Translations under genes and position numbers: made by a program
NCBI GenBank assembly: GCA_965644265.1
Contig: OZ286464.1
Location: 29,884,001 to 29,948,000, forward strand
Length of the DNA: 64,000 bases
From: Glycera tridactyla
Lineage: Eukaryota
Reading direction: 5' to 3'
Shown: positions 1-12,560 of the stretch, in pieces
Layout: each line of letters begins with the position of its first letter
Position numbering within the stretch: the stretch's first letter is position 1
Notes under the pieces: generated by a model
Database searches by the model: none
Seen by the model: only the letters and a program-made list of their open reading frames with translations
Told to the model about the DNA's origin: nothing

Positions 1-44
1 CTCCCCACCCCACCCTGCACGAAATTAATGCAAAAGAAGAGAGG

Positions 45-98
45 GAGTCATGTTACACCCAGGCCACAATAGAGTCATGCTACACCCAGGCCACAATA
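45..98. repeat. 27-bp tandem duplication
   Basis: GAGTCATGTTACACCCAGGCCACAATA (45-71) is followed by GAGTCATGCTACACCCAGGCCACAATA (72-98); one mismatch. Confidence 0.9.
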
Positions 99-848
99 CT
101 GGCAATGATACGGTCTCCAAGTAAAGGTCCCATGTCTATCTGTGGTTGCCATCTGACGACTCCCACCTATCTTCATCTGGAACAGACTCTGCTCGTCATA
201 GGAAAGTGGGGTTGAACAGGTTTGTAGAGATATAATGGTATACTTGAACTCATTCTCAATTCGAAATGTCGAGGATACTACATGTGTCAACGGCACGTCG
301 TTTTTGACAGCGACCCCCCTCAGGCGTACAAAATCACCTCGCATATCCCGGAATCGATGGGTGCCGCCATTTTGGAAAACCAGCTACCATGATTGTGATG
401 TACCACCGCAGGTTCGTGTCTGAGTACTTCCAGTTGTTATCATCACCATAGATTGATTAATAAGAATGGTAATATTTGACGCACATCGAGGTGATATTAC
501 AAAAGGAAGTGTATAGAACCAGAACGTGAGCTACTGACCACAAGTGAGTTGATGTTGTATCACCATGGACACAATGGATTACATCAGCTATCATTAGGCG
601 TTTGAGTCACGTGGATTGATTGATTGATCAATGTTCTTTAACTTCCCACCTTTTGATCTCCCTTCTTCCTCATCATCTTGTGTTCCGAGTGTGTGAGGTG
701 ATGCCTGCAAGGGAAAACGCATCAGGCTCTCATTGATCTGGGATACACAGGCATACGTAATCTCATGAGTGGTACACACTATTAGATCCCCAACGACTAA
801 CAAACCATCTATCTGATTCTACATACATTTACTCAAATGGTGGGCTAA

Positions 849-896
849 CTAGGCGGACGCGGGTTTTTGAGATCTCCGCCTGCGGCTGGAGATCTC
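849..896 (-). mobile_element. Possible Helitron/Helentron-type 3' terminus (hairpin followed by CTAG|T)
   Basis: Hairpin GAGATCTCC-GCC-TGC-GGC-T-GGAGATCTC at 869-896. On the minus strand it is followed 16 nt later by CTAG (852-849) and then T. A (GTCT)n tract lies at about 1181-1203. Confidence 0.35.
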
Positions 897-1180
897 TATG
901 CTATCACCTCTCTTCTCGACCTGCATCGAGGCTGATATAATCATATGAATCTCTATCGGAGCTGCGTAAAAGGTGCAAATGATCTAATCTAACACAATTT
1001 TAAGATGATTTTTTGATCTGATGAACGGCAATTTGAGGAAATGTAGCAATTACGTAATCGGAAATTCTCTCTACACTCGTTTTGTGGCTGATTACCGCAG
1101 CACGCAGATCTCAACAGCGCGGATGAGGATGTGCTGCACAGCATATTAATATAGAGACGAGTTAGGTCAAGGTGAGAGAG

Positions 1181-1240
1181 TCTGTCCGTCTGTCTGTCTG
1201 TCTCTCCCTCCCTCCCTTTCTCTCCCCCTCCCCTCTCTCT
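1181..1240. repeat. (GTCT)n / CT-rich microsatellite
   Basis: TCTGTCCGTCTGTCTGTCTGTCTCTCCCTCCCTCCC... Confidence 0.85.
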
Positions 1241-4200
1241 CTTGGCGCTCGTTGGCGCTCTTGTGAGGATTGGATCGGCGTTTTTCAAATATGGGTATCA
1301 TCATACAGAGTAAATGGAGCTGATCATCTATATGTTCACTGCATCGCACTGTCCAGGTATGAAAGACATTAGTGTAGAAGTAAATGACATTTTATCATAT
1401 CACGTGCTACGCATTCGTTCTACTATCACCCATTCTCACGTGCAATATTTGAAATACACATATAGATTTATATCTGCTGTTAGCAATTTACAGCGCCGTT
1501 CCGGATCCTGAGAAACAAGGTTTAATTCCGTCGTTGAGATGGTTGATATATTTCTGAATACCTAGACATAATGAGATGTATACGTACGGTTTTTACCTTA
1601 TCATGACCGGCTATGACAGAACTCATTTGCATACAAATTATGCTCGCACCTCACTGATGAAATATTTACCATGCTGCTAGGGTGTAAATCCTGCTGGATG
1701 AAGTTGTCGGGGTAAAAATGAGGAGGTATGCCTGCACAACATAATTACAAGGCGACTTGATGTATGTACAAGGCAGCGCAAGATCAATTCCATGCTGACA
1801 TATTTATTCACCAGACAGATAGGACATCGTGCTACTGAAAGATGGAGTGTGAACAGCAACAAAAAAGAAATCATCAAGTCTTATCTCTTACTTCCACCAC
1901 GACCACGACCACGACCACCACCACTANNNNNNNNNNNNNNNNNNNNNNNNNNNNNNNNNNNNNNNNNNNNNNNNNNNNNNNNNNNNNNNNNNNNNNNNNN
2001 NNNNNNNNNNNNNNNNNNNNNNNNNNNNNNNNNNNNNNNNNNNNNNNNNNNNNNNNNNNNNNNNNNNNNNNNNNNNNNNNNNNNNNNNNNNNNNNNNNNN
2101 NNNNNNNNNNNNNNNNNNNNNNNNNNNNNNNNNNNNNNNNNNNNNNNNNNNNNNNNNNNNNNNNNNNNNNAGACCAGTTCAAATATCCCACAAACAGGTC
2201 GCCCTGTCACAGGATGCAATTCAAAAATAATCGGAGCGCATTTGGGAACAAATATTACATCATCCGGAAGTTGAGAAAACAGAGGGTCCCTAAATATTTT
2301 TCTCAGTTATTTGCTCCATGTCTTCAGGCAGCAGTAGCAGAAGCAATAGATGAATGATATACAGGTTGAGTTGATTGAAGTATTTCCTGAGGAAATGATC
2401 ATGCACTTGAGAAAATTGAGCGATGCCATGAAAGGTAATGAAGCTGCCAAACATTGCAGAAAACCCCCGCTTGGAACCTGTGACCATCCTTTTGAATAAT
2501 GACCACAAAAAGACAGTATATAAGCCCTATGTACCGAGGAAGCATCAGGTATGGAAAGTGGAACAAAATCATCAGTNNNNNNNNNNNNNNNNNNNNNNNN
2601 NNNNNNNNNNNNNNNNNNNNNNNNNNNNNNNNNNNNNNNNNNNNNNNNNNNNNNNNNNNNNNNNNNNNNNNNNNNNNNNNNNNNNNNNNNNNNNNNNNNN
2701 NNNNNNNNNNNNNNNNNNNNNNNNNNNNNNNNNNNNNNNNNNNNNNNNNNNNNNNNNNNNNNNNNNNNNNNNNNNNNNNNNNNNNNNNNNNNNNNNNNNN
2801 NNNNNNNNNNNNNNNNNNNNNNNNNNNNNNNNNNNNNNNNNNNNNNNNNNNNNNNNNNNNNNNNCTCATTCAATCAAATGTTCAGCCATGATAAAATAGA
2901 TATTACAACAAATATTCCAAAAGCAACGAGGCGCTCGGTATCATTCGAATAGGCTTATTACGAAATTTCAAGTGGATATAATGAAGTCATTTTTAAGGGA
3001 AAGGAAATTTTTGCATACGTAATCATAGATCCATTCCGCTCCTGTTTGTTCTAGAGGAGTCCATGAAAACTAAAGTTCGCCCGTCTTGAGTATCAGTGGC
3101 GTCCGGTGAAAGGCCAGGAGGAGGATGGTCAATCGGAAAAGGTGTCATCATCTTGGCAGCGTGGAAGCCTGTCAGGTGTTACCTCCCGTCATTGGCTTGG
3201 ACAGTTCACGAAGTGCAAGAGCACGGCCCTGGAGAGCCAGTCGGTCATCTCTGGTCACAGTTTTTCCTGCCCATATCCGCTCCACCTTACACTAGGACTA
3301 GCTGCCTCAACGCGATAAAAAGACCATGACAGACTAGCCCCTAAATGAGTCGGTCAATTTGAAAAGTTGGTCAAGAGCTACCACGCTGCTCACAAACAGT
3401 TTGTTCTCATTTCTCTGTGCATGAGTGGACGTGTGTGTTGGGCAGAGAAGAAGACAGGTTGAAAGACTGACAGACAGACGAGAAGTCATGTGTGAATATC
3501 CATGATCTAGATAAGAAATCAGTGGTCAATATCGTAAGGTTGACCCTTAATCAAATGAATGTCCAGAGAAACACTTTCACATTTTGCCCGACACTGGGGG
3601 AACGAACAGTACATGGGTGAATTGAAATCTGACATGGACAAATTCCTTCGAAAAAAATTCATCGGAAGAAAAAATAGTGAGAAGACGAATTAGATCATAC
3701 CTGAGAAATAGGATTGAAATTCACCGGATGCAGTGTCTTTGCTGACAGCTCCCATTGGGTACTGACACCATGGACAAAGTTCCTGGCAGAAATGATGCAT
3801 AGAGAAATCGGAGAAACGCCCACAGATAGTGGGAGCCTCTCCTACTGAATCTGCGCAAAAATGAAGAATTTGTTCCTCACTTCTTTTTTGAAACTCATTT
3901 CTTCTCCCTTTGTCTTTTGGAGGCACCAATATCCATGTATCATAATCCATATCAGTACAGGGACCTCCTTAAGGGACCAGCTGTTGACCAGTATAATCAA
4001 GGATCACTGATGATTCAGCCCGGGCACACACAATGCGCCCCTTTAAGATGCACTATCATCAAACCCCACCTTGGGACCCCATGTAATTGAGTCGGACCCT
4101 GCACAGACCTTCATAGTCGGGAAGGGATCCACTTTTGTACAAAGTACAAATTGAAGTGGTGTGGTACAGCCCTGATTGCCGTCCCTATTTACTCTGGAAT

Positions 4201-4377
4201 TTTCTTAGGGATATCAATACATATAAGATGACCAATCAAATTCTGGTGGAACCAATATCTAATCAAAGATGATTTGAATATATATTCTATAATAAGAGAC
4301 GCCCCTCAGGCAGAGCATGAGGGAGTCACTGGCAGTGAAGCGACTGGTCATGCACCCGCACACACACAAACGCACCC

Positions 4378-4379
<2 letters not shown>

Positions 4380-4412
<33 letters not shown>
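4380..4412. repeat. (TA)n microsatellite
   Basis: Uninterrupted TA run. Confidence 0.95.
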
Positions 4413-4416
<4 letters not shown>

Positions 4417-6862
4417 ATTTTGGTAAGCTGGTATATCAGACTGAATAATCAATGTGACATTCCTTGTATGAAGCCATAATATTCTGATGAACTCTCATAT
4501 CCAGCCATAACATCATTGTTTTCCCCGTCAATTTGCAAAGAGGGAACTATTTAGATATGGCTCTGTGATGCTTCGGAAATTGTGTGCAAGCGATATGTCC
4601 CAAAAGATGTATCCATCCATAGACATTTGTTGATCTATGAGGGAATGGCGTTAGACGAACATCATTGATAGACGGCCAATCATGGTCCATTCCAGTTATG
4701 TCCCATCTCTAAAAATGCATGGACAAGACTAGTTACTTCATGAACCTCAAAGGAAATGACTGGCACAATCATTTGTCTCAGTGTAGTGCAGAGGGGACAC
4801 ATGTACACTAATTCCAGAAGACGTGTAGACATGTCTGGATCATCATCACACGTGCTGACTGAGATACACCATGAATCTGGATTGTTTAGCAATAGCCGCC
4901 AATAAACCGAAGCTATCTACATCAATGGAACTAGGGATGAGTAGTTGAAATCTTTCTCCTACTGAAAAATTGCCTTAGTCCAGATTACACGACCTGTAAT
5001 TCCTAAATAGGATCCAAAGTATATGTGAAAAGGTCATAGATGACAGAAGGAATGTCAACATTTCAGTGTGGTGATTGTATGGTTGTGTGATCGGAGTTGA
5101 CTCAATGCAGTGATGAGCCACTCCTAATGTGAATAAGGGCCTATGACCTTTGAGGCCTTGACTAATGTAAGGCTAGTTGATAGGGGATCGCCTTTAAACA
5201 TGTCTGTGTGGAAATACACAGTGATTTGAATCCCAGGATTCACTCTCCTCACCAATTCTATGAAATGTCTAATGGAGTGTGAGCACGTTTTAATAGGTAC
5301 CTCTGTAATAACACACCATGTACCTCAACTGACTGTTAAGCTCGTGAGCAGGTAGAAAGATCCTGGAGCCCTGTATGAGCGACTTCCTCCCTCGCTCCCT
5401 GTAATTGATGAGGAGCCATTTTAATTCACATTTGAGCTCACACATCATACGCAAGTTCAAATCTGGTGGGCGTGTTCTGCAAATCACCTTCGCCATCTTT
5501 CATCTGAGATTTGAATAATACATTCTGGAGCTGACGTGCAAAAAACGCAACTTCATTCAGCAGCAACAGCATATAACTCACGGTATAGACTGTATATCAA
5601 CTAGTTTACTTGAAGGAGATAACAAACCTTCATTTATGGAGCTCAGACATCAAATTACGAACCGCAATGAAGAGAGTAATGCAGAATCATGAATCTCCAT
5701 GGGACTATGGATAATCAGATCCGAACGAATATCTGTGAAGTTTATTTGATTAAGGGAAATCATAAATGATGGTGGATCCCTCAGAAGGATTCATGTAGAA
5801 TCTCGGATGAAATTGTTGATCTTCACAATTCTTCATTGTTAACTATTTCCTGATTTCCCGGAAAGCCAACAATGAATTATGGATCTCCCACTATATATGA
5901 TGTTACATAAAATGTCGTGGATTGTTGATAGTCTACGATTCTATTGTACGGGAAAATCATTAATTCTGATCCCATAAAGTTCACATGGATTGTTAAAATT
6001 TGCTTTCACTTCATGGACTTCATACATCGAATCTATCGACACCAACAGTTGGTAATAGAATGTGACACCACATGGATACAACTCGTGATTGAACCGTGAT
6101 ACCAGCAAAGCTTGTAAGTGAATTTCAGCCAGAACCGAAATAGATTCCATGTGGGAGAACGGAGTAAATTACAGCGTTCCCAACAGGCTCATATTCAGGA
6201 GACTTAGGGGATCATGTATACAATCACCATCGATAAAGCCGAGAGAGATGAGAAATACGTTGTACTATCTTCACCCCAGGAGGTTGAGCGGATATTACAA
6301 GTATGAAAGATTATGACCTGGGTATGAAATCCCCAGCAAATTAAAGACCCCTGATTCGAATACACTCTTGCCACACGCCACAACCATGCCGAATGTAGAG
6401 TTTCATTTTCTTTATTCCTAGTTTCCAGACTTCGCATGCATTTTGAAGGGATGTTTGTTGAGGGGTCGATTTCAATGAGGTTGCACTATTTTAGTTGCTA
6501 TCTCATATGTCGTGATGCATTCAGAAATGAAGAAAACCACTATGAATTTCAAGGTGTCACCAAAACTAATCCGCCAGTCAATTACGACGACAGATAGGAT
6601 TTGCACTAAGCCGATTATGCAGGATTGATGAGGATAGTGGGACCGGATTTACTTCCCCGAAAGCTGATTGTATAAATTAGTCTGTATCACCAATCTGTTT
6701 TCATGGTCAGGGTTGATGGAATTTAAATCCAATTAATCAAAATGCCTATCAACTATTGTTTGTTTATCATGCCTTAAATGATACAATGGGGGCAGTCACA
6801 AACTTGTCGTTTCTTCTTTCACATATTAATTGGGAGGCCTGCCTGGTTGTTGCGGCTCTTGC

Positions 6863-6897
6863 GGTGAGGTGAGGTGAGGTGAGGTGAGGTGAGGTGA
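6863..6897. repeat. (GAGGT)n pentanucleotide microsatellite
   Basis: GGTGAGGTGAGGTGAGGTGAGGTGAGGTGAGGTGA; a related (GAGAT)n tract is at about 6970-6992. Confidence 0.9.
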
Positions 6898-7627
6898 ACT
6901 GAAAGGAGAGATGGCATGAGTTATATCCAACGTCGCCTCGACCCATACTGGATAATATGAGACCGAGTTGAGATCAGGTGAGATGAGATGAGAAGTTTGA
7001 TGCAATCGGCATAGTGATGATCAATGCTGATATGTTCAGAGTGGCAGATGCTGGTGCAAAAAGTGGATGGTCAAGATCAGGTTGCAGTGAAAAATATCAT
7101 ATGATGCATCGAATTCAGTACATGATGCGATTAAGAGCATCCATGGTATTTCAGATCACTGATGTTTTTTTTGAATGTATCTACTTGCTAGGTTAAACGG
7201 CCCACTGGTCACTAATGTGAGGAGAAACTTCTCTTATTATTATATAACATTGACAGCAGTAAACATTGTCTCCAAATCCTACACATCAGAGATACGGCCA
7301 GTGATCGTTACTCATCCTCCACCCTCGTGAGTTTTATGAGCCATTTCAGCTGTTAACATACGGTAATTTCATGCAAGCATGGTGTTTTGCCGATGTACAG
7401 AGATGCAGATGTGAGACGGGTGTGTCTATGAGAGATTACTGCGCCGCCCTTATGTCTAAATTACTTATGCAATTATGCTTGCCAAGGTGAATGAGGATCA
7501 TACACTTTTCCATACATAGAGCATCTTTCATGCATTCCACCATCTCGAATTTGAGGCTGGATAAATGGTTGTCTCTTGTTGCCAGCTCACTTCGTTCCAA
7601 TATCTAAAAAGACCGCACGTATCTAAA

Positions 7628-7926
7628 CAAACTCATGGGATAGCCGACTTGCACCATCAATCTCATAGGATAGCCTTCACACCCGACCAATCTCATAGAA
7701 TAGCTCATGCTACCGATTAATTTCATAGGATGGCATATCACCCAATCAATCTTATAAAATATCTCACGTCCTCAATCAATCCGATAGAATAAGCTACGCA
7801 TCCAATCGATCACATAGGATATCCAACATACACATTCGATCTCATAGGATGTCCTGCTCACCAAATGAGCCTCATTAGATAACGTACGAGTCCAGCCAAT
7901 CTCGAAGGATGACCAACATATCCGAT
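7628..7926. repeat. Degenerate 30-bp minisatellite, 10 units
   Basis: Units start at 7628, 7658, 7688, 7718, 7747, 7777, 7807, 7837, 7867 and 7897 (one unit is 29 bp). Consensus is approximately CAATCTCATAGGATATCCTACGCATCCAAT. Confidence 0.85.
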
Positions 7927-8731
7927 GTGTGAATAGCGGATTATATCATCACATTCCTACAAAAGCCACTTCAATTGTACCATTATAATCCATCGAATAT
8001 TCGAAACATTTCTGTCCGAATCTCAAACATGAATCTCGAACTATTGTATTGTAAAACCACTTTCCTCCACCCACAGATGATGAAGAATAAGTCGAAGTAT
8101 GGTAGTATCGTACTGCAGGTATAGAGCATAAATAATTGTGAGGCTGGTTTGGAGGTGACACTTCATAAGGGAAAACAACTGTCGAATATTCGCCAAGTCT
8201 GATTAAGTTCCTCGTCCTAATTCTGCCCTCTGCTCACATAGTGAGTATCATTGTCATACTGGGGTTGTTATCTTCCATGATTAGACATGACATCTACAGG
8301 TGATAAATCAACAGATTCATGTAAGGTGCATAGAGGCAAATATGAACTGACAGCTACTTCCAATTGACAATCATCATCCTGTCTGGATTTTGAGAAAGAT
8401 ACATGCAGCTTTCATAGCTTAGAAGCACGGGTTGTCAATGTTGCGACTCCCTGAATCAGGAGATCGATCCAAGAAAAAAAATCCCAATCATAATAATTGA
8501 GATGTAGGCTGAGAATGATTTACATTGATTTCAGACCACAAGCAAAAATCAATATTATCGATATTCTCCCTGATAGCCATTGAAATTGATGGATTCTGGA
8601 CCACATCATGGATGTGGGGGGAGAAACCATATCCTTGTGTCCCATAAATGAATCAACGATCATTATCACTTTGTAGATAAGTGTTGTGCCAGTGGGTGAT
8701 ATATGGTGATGTAGACACAGACAGCAACGAA

Positions 8732-8758
8732 GACAACAACGACAAAAACAGCAGCAGC

Positions 8759-8789
<31 letters not shown>

Positions 8790-8820
8790 GCGGCGACGAC
8801 GACGACGACCAAGATGATGA
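8732..8820. repeat. Compound (CAA/CAG/GAC)n microsatellite
   Basis: CAGCAGCAGCAACAACAACAAC...GACGACGACGAC; this explains the poly-Cys/Arg ORF at 8520-9059. Confidence 0.9.
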
Positions 8821-9599
8821 CGCCACATAGAGCGCAGTTGTACGGAGTGCATCAGGTTGATGATTGCGTGTGTTCTTTTATCTCGAAAATAGTGCATCCA
8901 ACCCCTCCTCATTCTCGCACATCTGGACGGTGGATTGGAGCGAATCTTGGACATTCGACGTAGCAATTTCAGTTTCTGTGAAATGTGAAGAAATGTTTCT
9001 CTGAAATGTGAAGAAAGTGATGAGAAGCTTTCAGTGAGTGTGAAAACATGAGTTGACAATCAACAGGAATGGGGCTGGAGCATCTGGCATTGATTTCTAA
9101 AGACACTTCCAATCATCTGTGTCATGTCAATCAGTAAACAAGATTAATTCGTAGAGAGTGGGACTGGGTCTTGGGAATATCAGCAAGAATCTAGATCATT
9201 CAAGTAGGTCACGACAGCTCACTGACAAAAATTATCTGATTTTAGCAAGCTCATATGAAGCTTATGTCCTGTCACTGGAATATGTGGGTCAATAGGCGGA
9301 ATTTCAAATGAGTTTGACCATTTGGGCTCATCACCTCAAGAATCGAACTCAGACCGCAGTTCGTAAATAGGGAGCGCAACTGTTATATTCACCATTTTGC
9401 ATCAAATAAGGACATTATCTCATTTCATTTCTATTAAGATTTCGAGCTGTATTTTATTATATCGATCGGTTCAGCGACGTAATCACACTCCAAGCTGTAG
9501 TATTTTACATGAAGGTATGATGTGTACGGGCTACAGCTGCGGCTGTGGCTAGTCATGGATTGATGACTGCGACAAACGTGTGAGGAGGCCTACTCATAA

Positions 9600-10149
9600 A
9601 GCCACCCTTACATAGTGCCTGCGACCAATGGCGACCGACAGCGATCTTGAAATCGTCATGGATCGCCGACAATCGTCAAGGATCGCCTTCAAATCGCGAG
9701 TGGTCGCCATCGATCTCCAGTGATCTCCGAGCATGGCAGAAGTTTTGAAATGTCCAAAATTTCCACCATCGATCGCCGTCTGTAGAGACAATCGTCGCCG
9801 GAGGTGAGCGGTCGCCATTAATCCTCATTGGACGTCATTTGAGGCAATTGGTCGTAGGTAATCGTGATAGATCGCCTCAGAATGCCGATGATCGTATCGT
9901 AAACGTCGTTGATCGTCTACGAACGTGTCAAATCGTCAGGAAATGTAGACGATCGTCACAAGGCACCAATTATATGGTGAGAATAAACGTGAAGCGTTGT
10001 GGCCGGTCGCCACCGGTTGTGGTGGGGCGTGAGAATGTCACTGTTGATCCCTGCGAATACCAAAAAAATGCCGGCGACCGCCCACGATTTCACGTAAATA
10101 GATGATCGCAGGCGGTCGACGACAGGCGCGGCCAAATGTAAGGGTAGCT
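9600..10149. mobile_element. Non-autonomous DNA transposon (MITE), PIF/Harbinger-like
   Basis: 14-bp terminal inverted repeats AGCCACCCTTACAT (9600-9613) and ATGTAAGGGTAGCT (10136-10149), one mismatch. Flanks are TAA and TGA, consistent with a mutated TWA TSD. The interior is packed with GATCGCC/GGTCGCC/ATCGTC motifs. Confidence 0.75.
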
Positions 10150-11289
10150 TGAGATCAACCATACACTACACTGCATGAGTGGCGTGGAACCCCCTGTATT
10201 GGGCTCAGAACACTAAAACAAGTATGAGCTACACAGCACCAGGGCTGGGTAGATGTAATAAGCGCCTATCTGGGATCTATATCAATGACCTAGGTTAGCG
10301 ATGGTGCTATTTATGAGTGACTAGACTGATACCCCTTCTCAGCTCACAAACAGCTGCAAGCATGGGAGGGGAGGGTCCAAAATTCAATAGCGGACAGGAA
10401 AAAGCAGAGGGTTGCAAATCACCAAGATTAGACCTGTCACCCCTGAATAGCTTATGGCATCACTGGCAAGATCAGATCATCAGGCCTAGATGGTGGTACT
10501 GGGCTCAGATCAGTCATACCAGTTAAAGAAAGTGATGGATGTGATGCATCCAAGATGTGGTGTCGTTCATATTTACATCCACCTCGATATCAATATACAG
10601 AACTTCAATTGGCTCAATCAGTTTCCACAAGACTCGCTCCCTCCAACGTTCAGGAAAAATCTGGCAGTTCAACCGCCTCCCAGGGTCGCACGCACAATTT
10701 GGGTCGAATTCACAAGTGATTCTATGTAACTCTCCCGTGCATGCCACTGACTGAAGCACATAATACTTCACCCAGAGTCAACAGCCGATCCTCCACTACA
10801 TCCATGATGTAACGTGCTCGTGATGTAATTCATGTTTGTAGATCCGGGACTGTGCATGATATGTAAGATATATGATGTGATTTTGATTTGATTTGCAAAC
10901 TTTATTTTGTATCGTTAGGGCATTCGAGTACAAAAGGTACACGCGTTCAGGCAAACGATGATTAGTATCACATTTTTTTAAACTATTGATGAACACACAA
11001 TGTCAATACACTTGTTACACACAGGACAGACAGGGCAGTACAGGAGGATGATGATTATGAGATGATATATCTAAGCAAAATTCCACGAAATACACTGATT
11101 GACAGTCACCGAAGGCCAGCTAGCCAGATACCAAATGATTCTATGCATACATTCATAAACCAGAATCAAAGAATCAGAATCATGGAACCAGATCGAAAAT
11201 TGCTGAGTTCCTGTGAAATTACTTCCTGATAGTTGGTCCCTATTGTCCTTGATCCTTCTGTGTATATGATGGATACTACTTATTACATT

Positions 11290-12560
11290 AGTTTTCTACA
11301 TTTCAGCCATGATTTGAGTTGTTCTTTTTCCATCGGCTTAAAGCCTGGATATCAAAGGACTGGGGTGTTCCAATTCACCGCAGCTCTGTGCCTGAAACAT
11401 CTCTCACTTAATTCATAGCAAATTTTCGATTGTTGAAATAGTGGTTTGCCTCACGATCTGGTCCCATGTCCATGAGTTGGATGTTTAAAGGTACAAATTG
11501 GAGAGCGCTTAACATTGACAAGCGAATAGTAATTGATGAACTATGATTCATGGTCATTTCGATGGTTTAGTATAACCTGGGTTTTCTGGCTATGAAACGT
11601 AAGGCCATATTTTGTAATCTTTTTAGCACTGAGACATCCCTCTGAGGTAGGCAGTTATATATAATATCCGCATAATGAAAAATGGGTAGAATCAAGGTCT
11701 TATACAACATTATGCAGGTACTCTCATCCAATATGGGTCTCCGTCTCCCCAGTACTCCAATGAAATGAAAAATGAAAAAGTTCATCAAGCTCTTGGAGGA
11801 GAGTTCATAGAACAGCTTGTCTCCACCCAATACGGCCAATGATTTTGCCTTAATATGTTGAACATGGTGTTTGAAAGTCAAACTAGTATCTAATATAATG
11901 ACAAAGTACCCCATCTTCTCAACTCTCTCGATAACATGAGTACAAGCTATAAGGGACTGATTACAGGATTTTTTAAACTTTAGTTGGTAGTCCCTGATAC
12001 ATAAACTCCGTTTCTCGGGTATTCAATGATAGACGATTTCTTTTCATCCAATGAATAACGTGGAAAAGAACATCCTCAAGCTATTTCTTCATGTTAACCG
12101 GATCATTTGAATTGATACTTATGGCGGTGTCATCAGCATATAAGTGAGTGTTAACATTGCCAGTGGTGCCCCTCAGGTACCCAGGTAAGACGTTAATGTA
12201 TATGCTAAATAGAAGTGGTCCTAGAGTAGATCCCCGAGGGACACCACAGCGCATAGGCTTCGAAGAAGATTTATAACACCCAACTTTGGTTTGACATAGC
12301 CTTTCAGACAGATAACTGTTCAGCCATCACAGAGAACACACATCCAGGCCAAACTCAGACAGTTTCTGAGTTCGGAGCGCATGGTCTACCGTGTCGGAAG
12401 CCTTTTTGAGATCCAGGAAGAGCGTTCCTGTTGTTTCTCCTTTTTCAACGGCACCAAACACATTATCTAAATATTTCATTAGACGGGTACTTGTAGAGAC
12501 TGCCCTTCTTAATCAGTGATATAGTCTGGTATGAGTTGAAACTAATGATAATGCAAACTA
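11290..12560 (-). mobile_element. Decayed CR1/L2-clade LINE: RT core plus C-terminal ORF2
   Basis: Minus-strand translations, with stops and frameshifts: KYLDNVFGAVEKGETTGTLFLDLKKASDTVDH, WLNSYLSER, CGVPRGSTLGPLLFSIYIN, HLYADDTAI, LDTSLTFKHHVQHIKAK, MLYKTLILPIFHYADIIY..LKRLQNMALR, FRHRAAVNWN. Confidence 0.92.
11762..11831 (-). mobile_element. About 70-bp retro-insertion with (TTTCA)n tail nested in the LINE
   Basis: It interrupts the KAKSL..IGVLGR motif that is contiguous in the sister copy at 39.3 kb. On the minus strand it ends TTTTTCATTTTTCATTTC and is flanked by CCAAT at 11757-11761 and 11827-11831. Confidence 0.5.

Noticed and set aside
5520-6330. Protein-like fragments (DPNEYL.SLFD resembling USP proteases; KYVVLSSPQEVERILQ resembling LTR pol)
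   Set aside because: They need several frameshifts and stops, stop density is near random, and no catalytic motif is intact.
7628-7926. CRISPR-like repeat/spacer appearance (conserved 14-nt core plus variable 16 nt)
   Set aside because: The variable parts are homologous to each other, the core is short and degenerate, there are no cas genes, and the context is eukaryotic.
8820-8990. SGRWIGANL resembling a C-type lectin WIG motif
   Set aside because: It is a single short motif followed by stops, with no supporting cysteines or splice structure.
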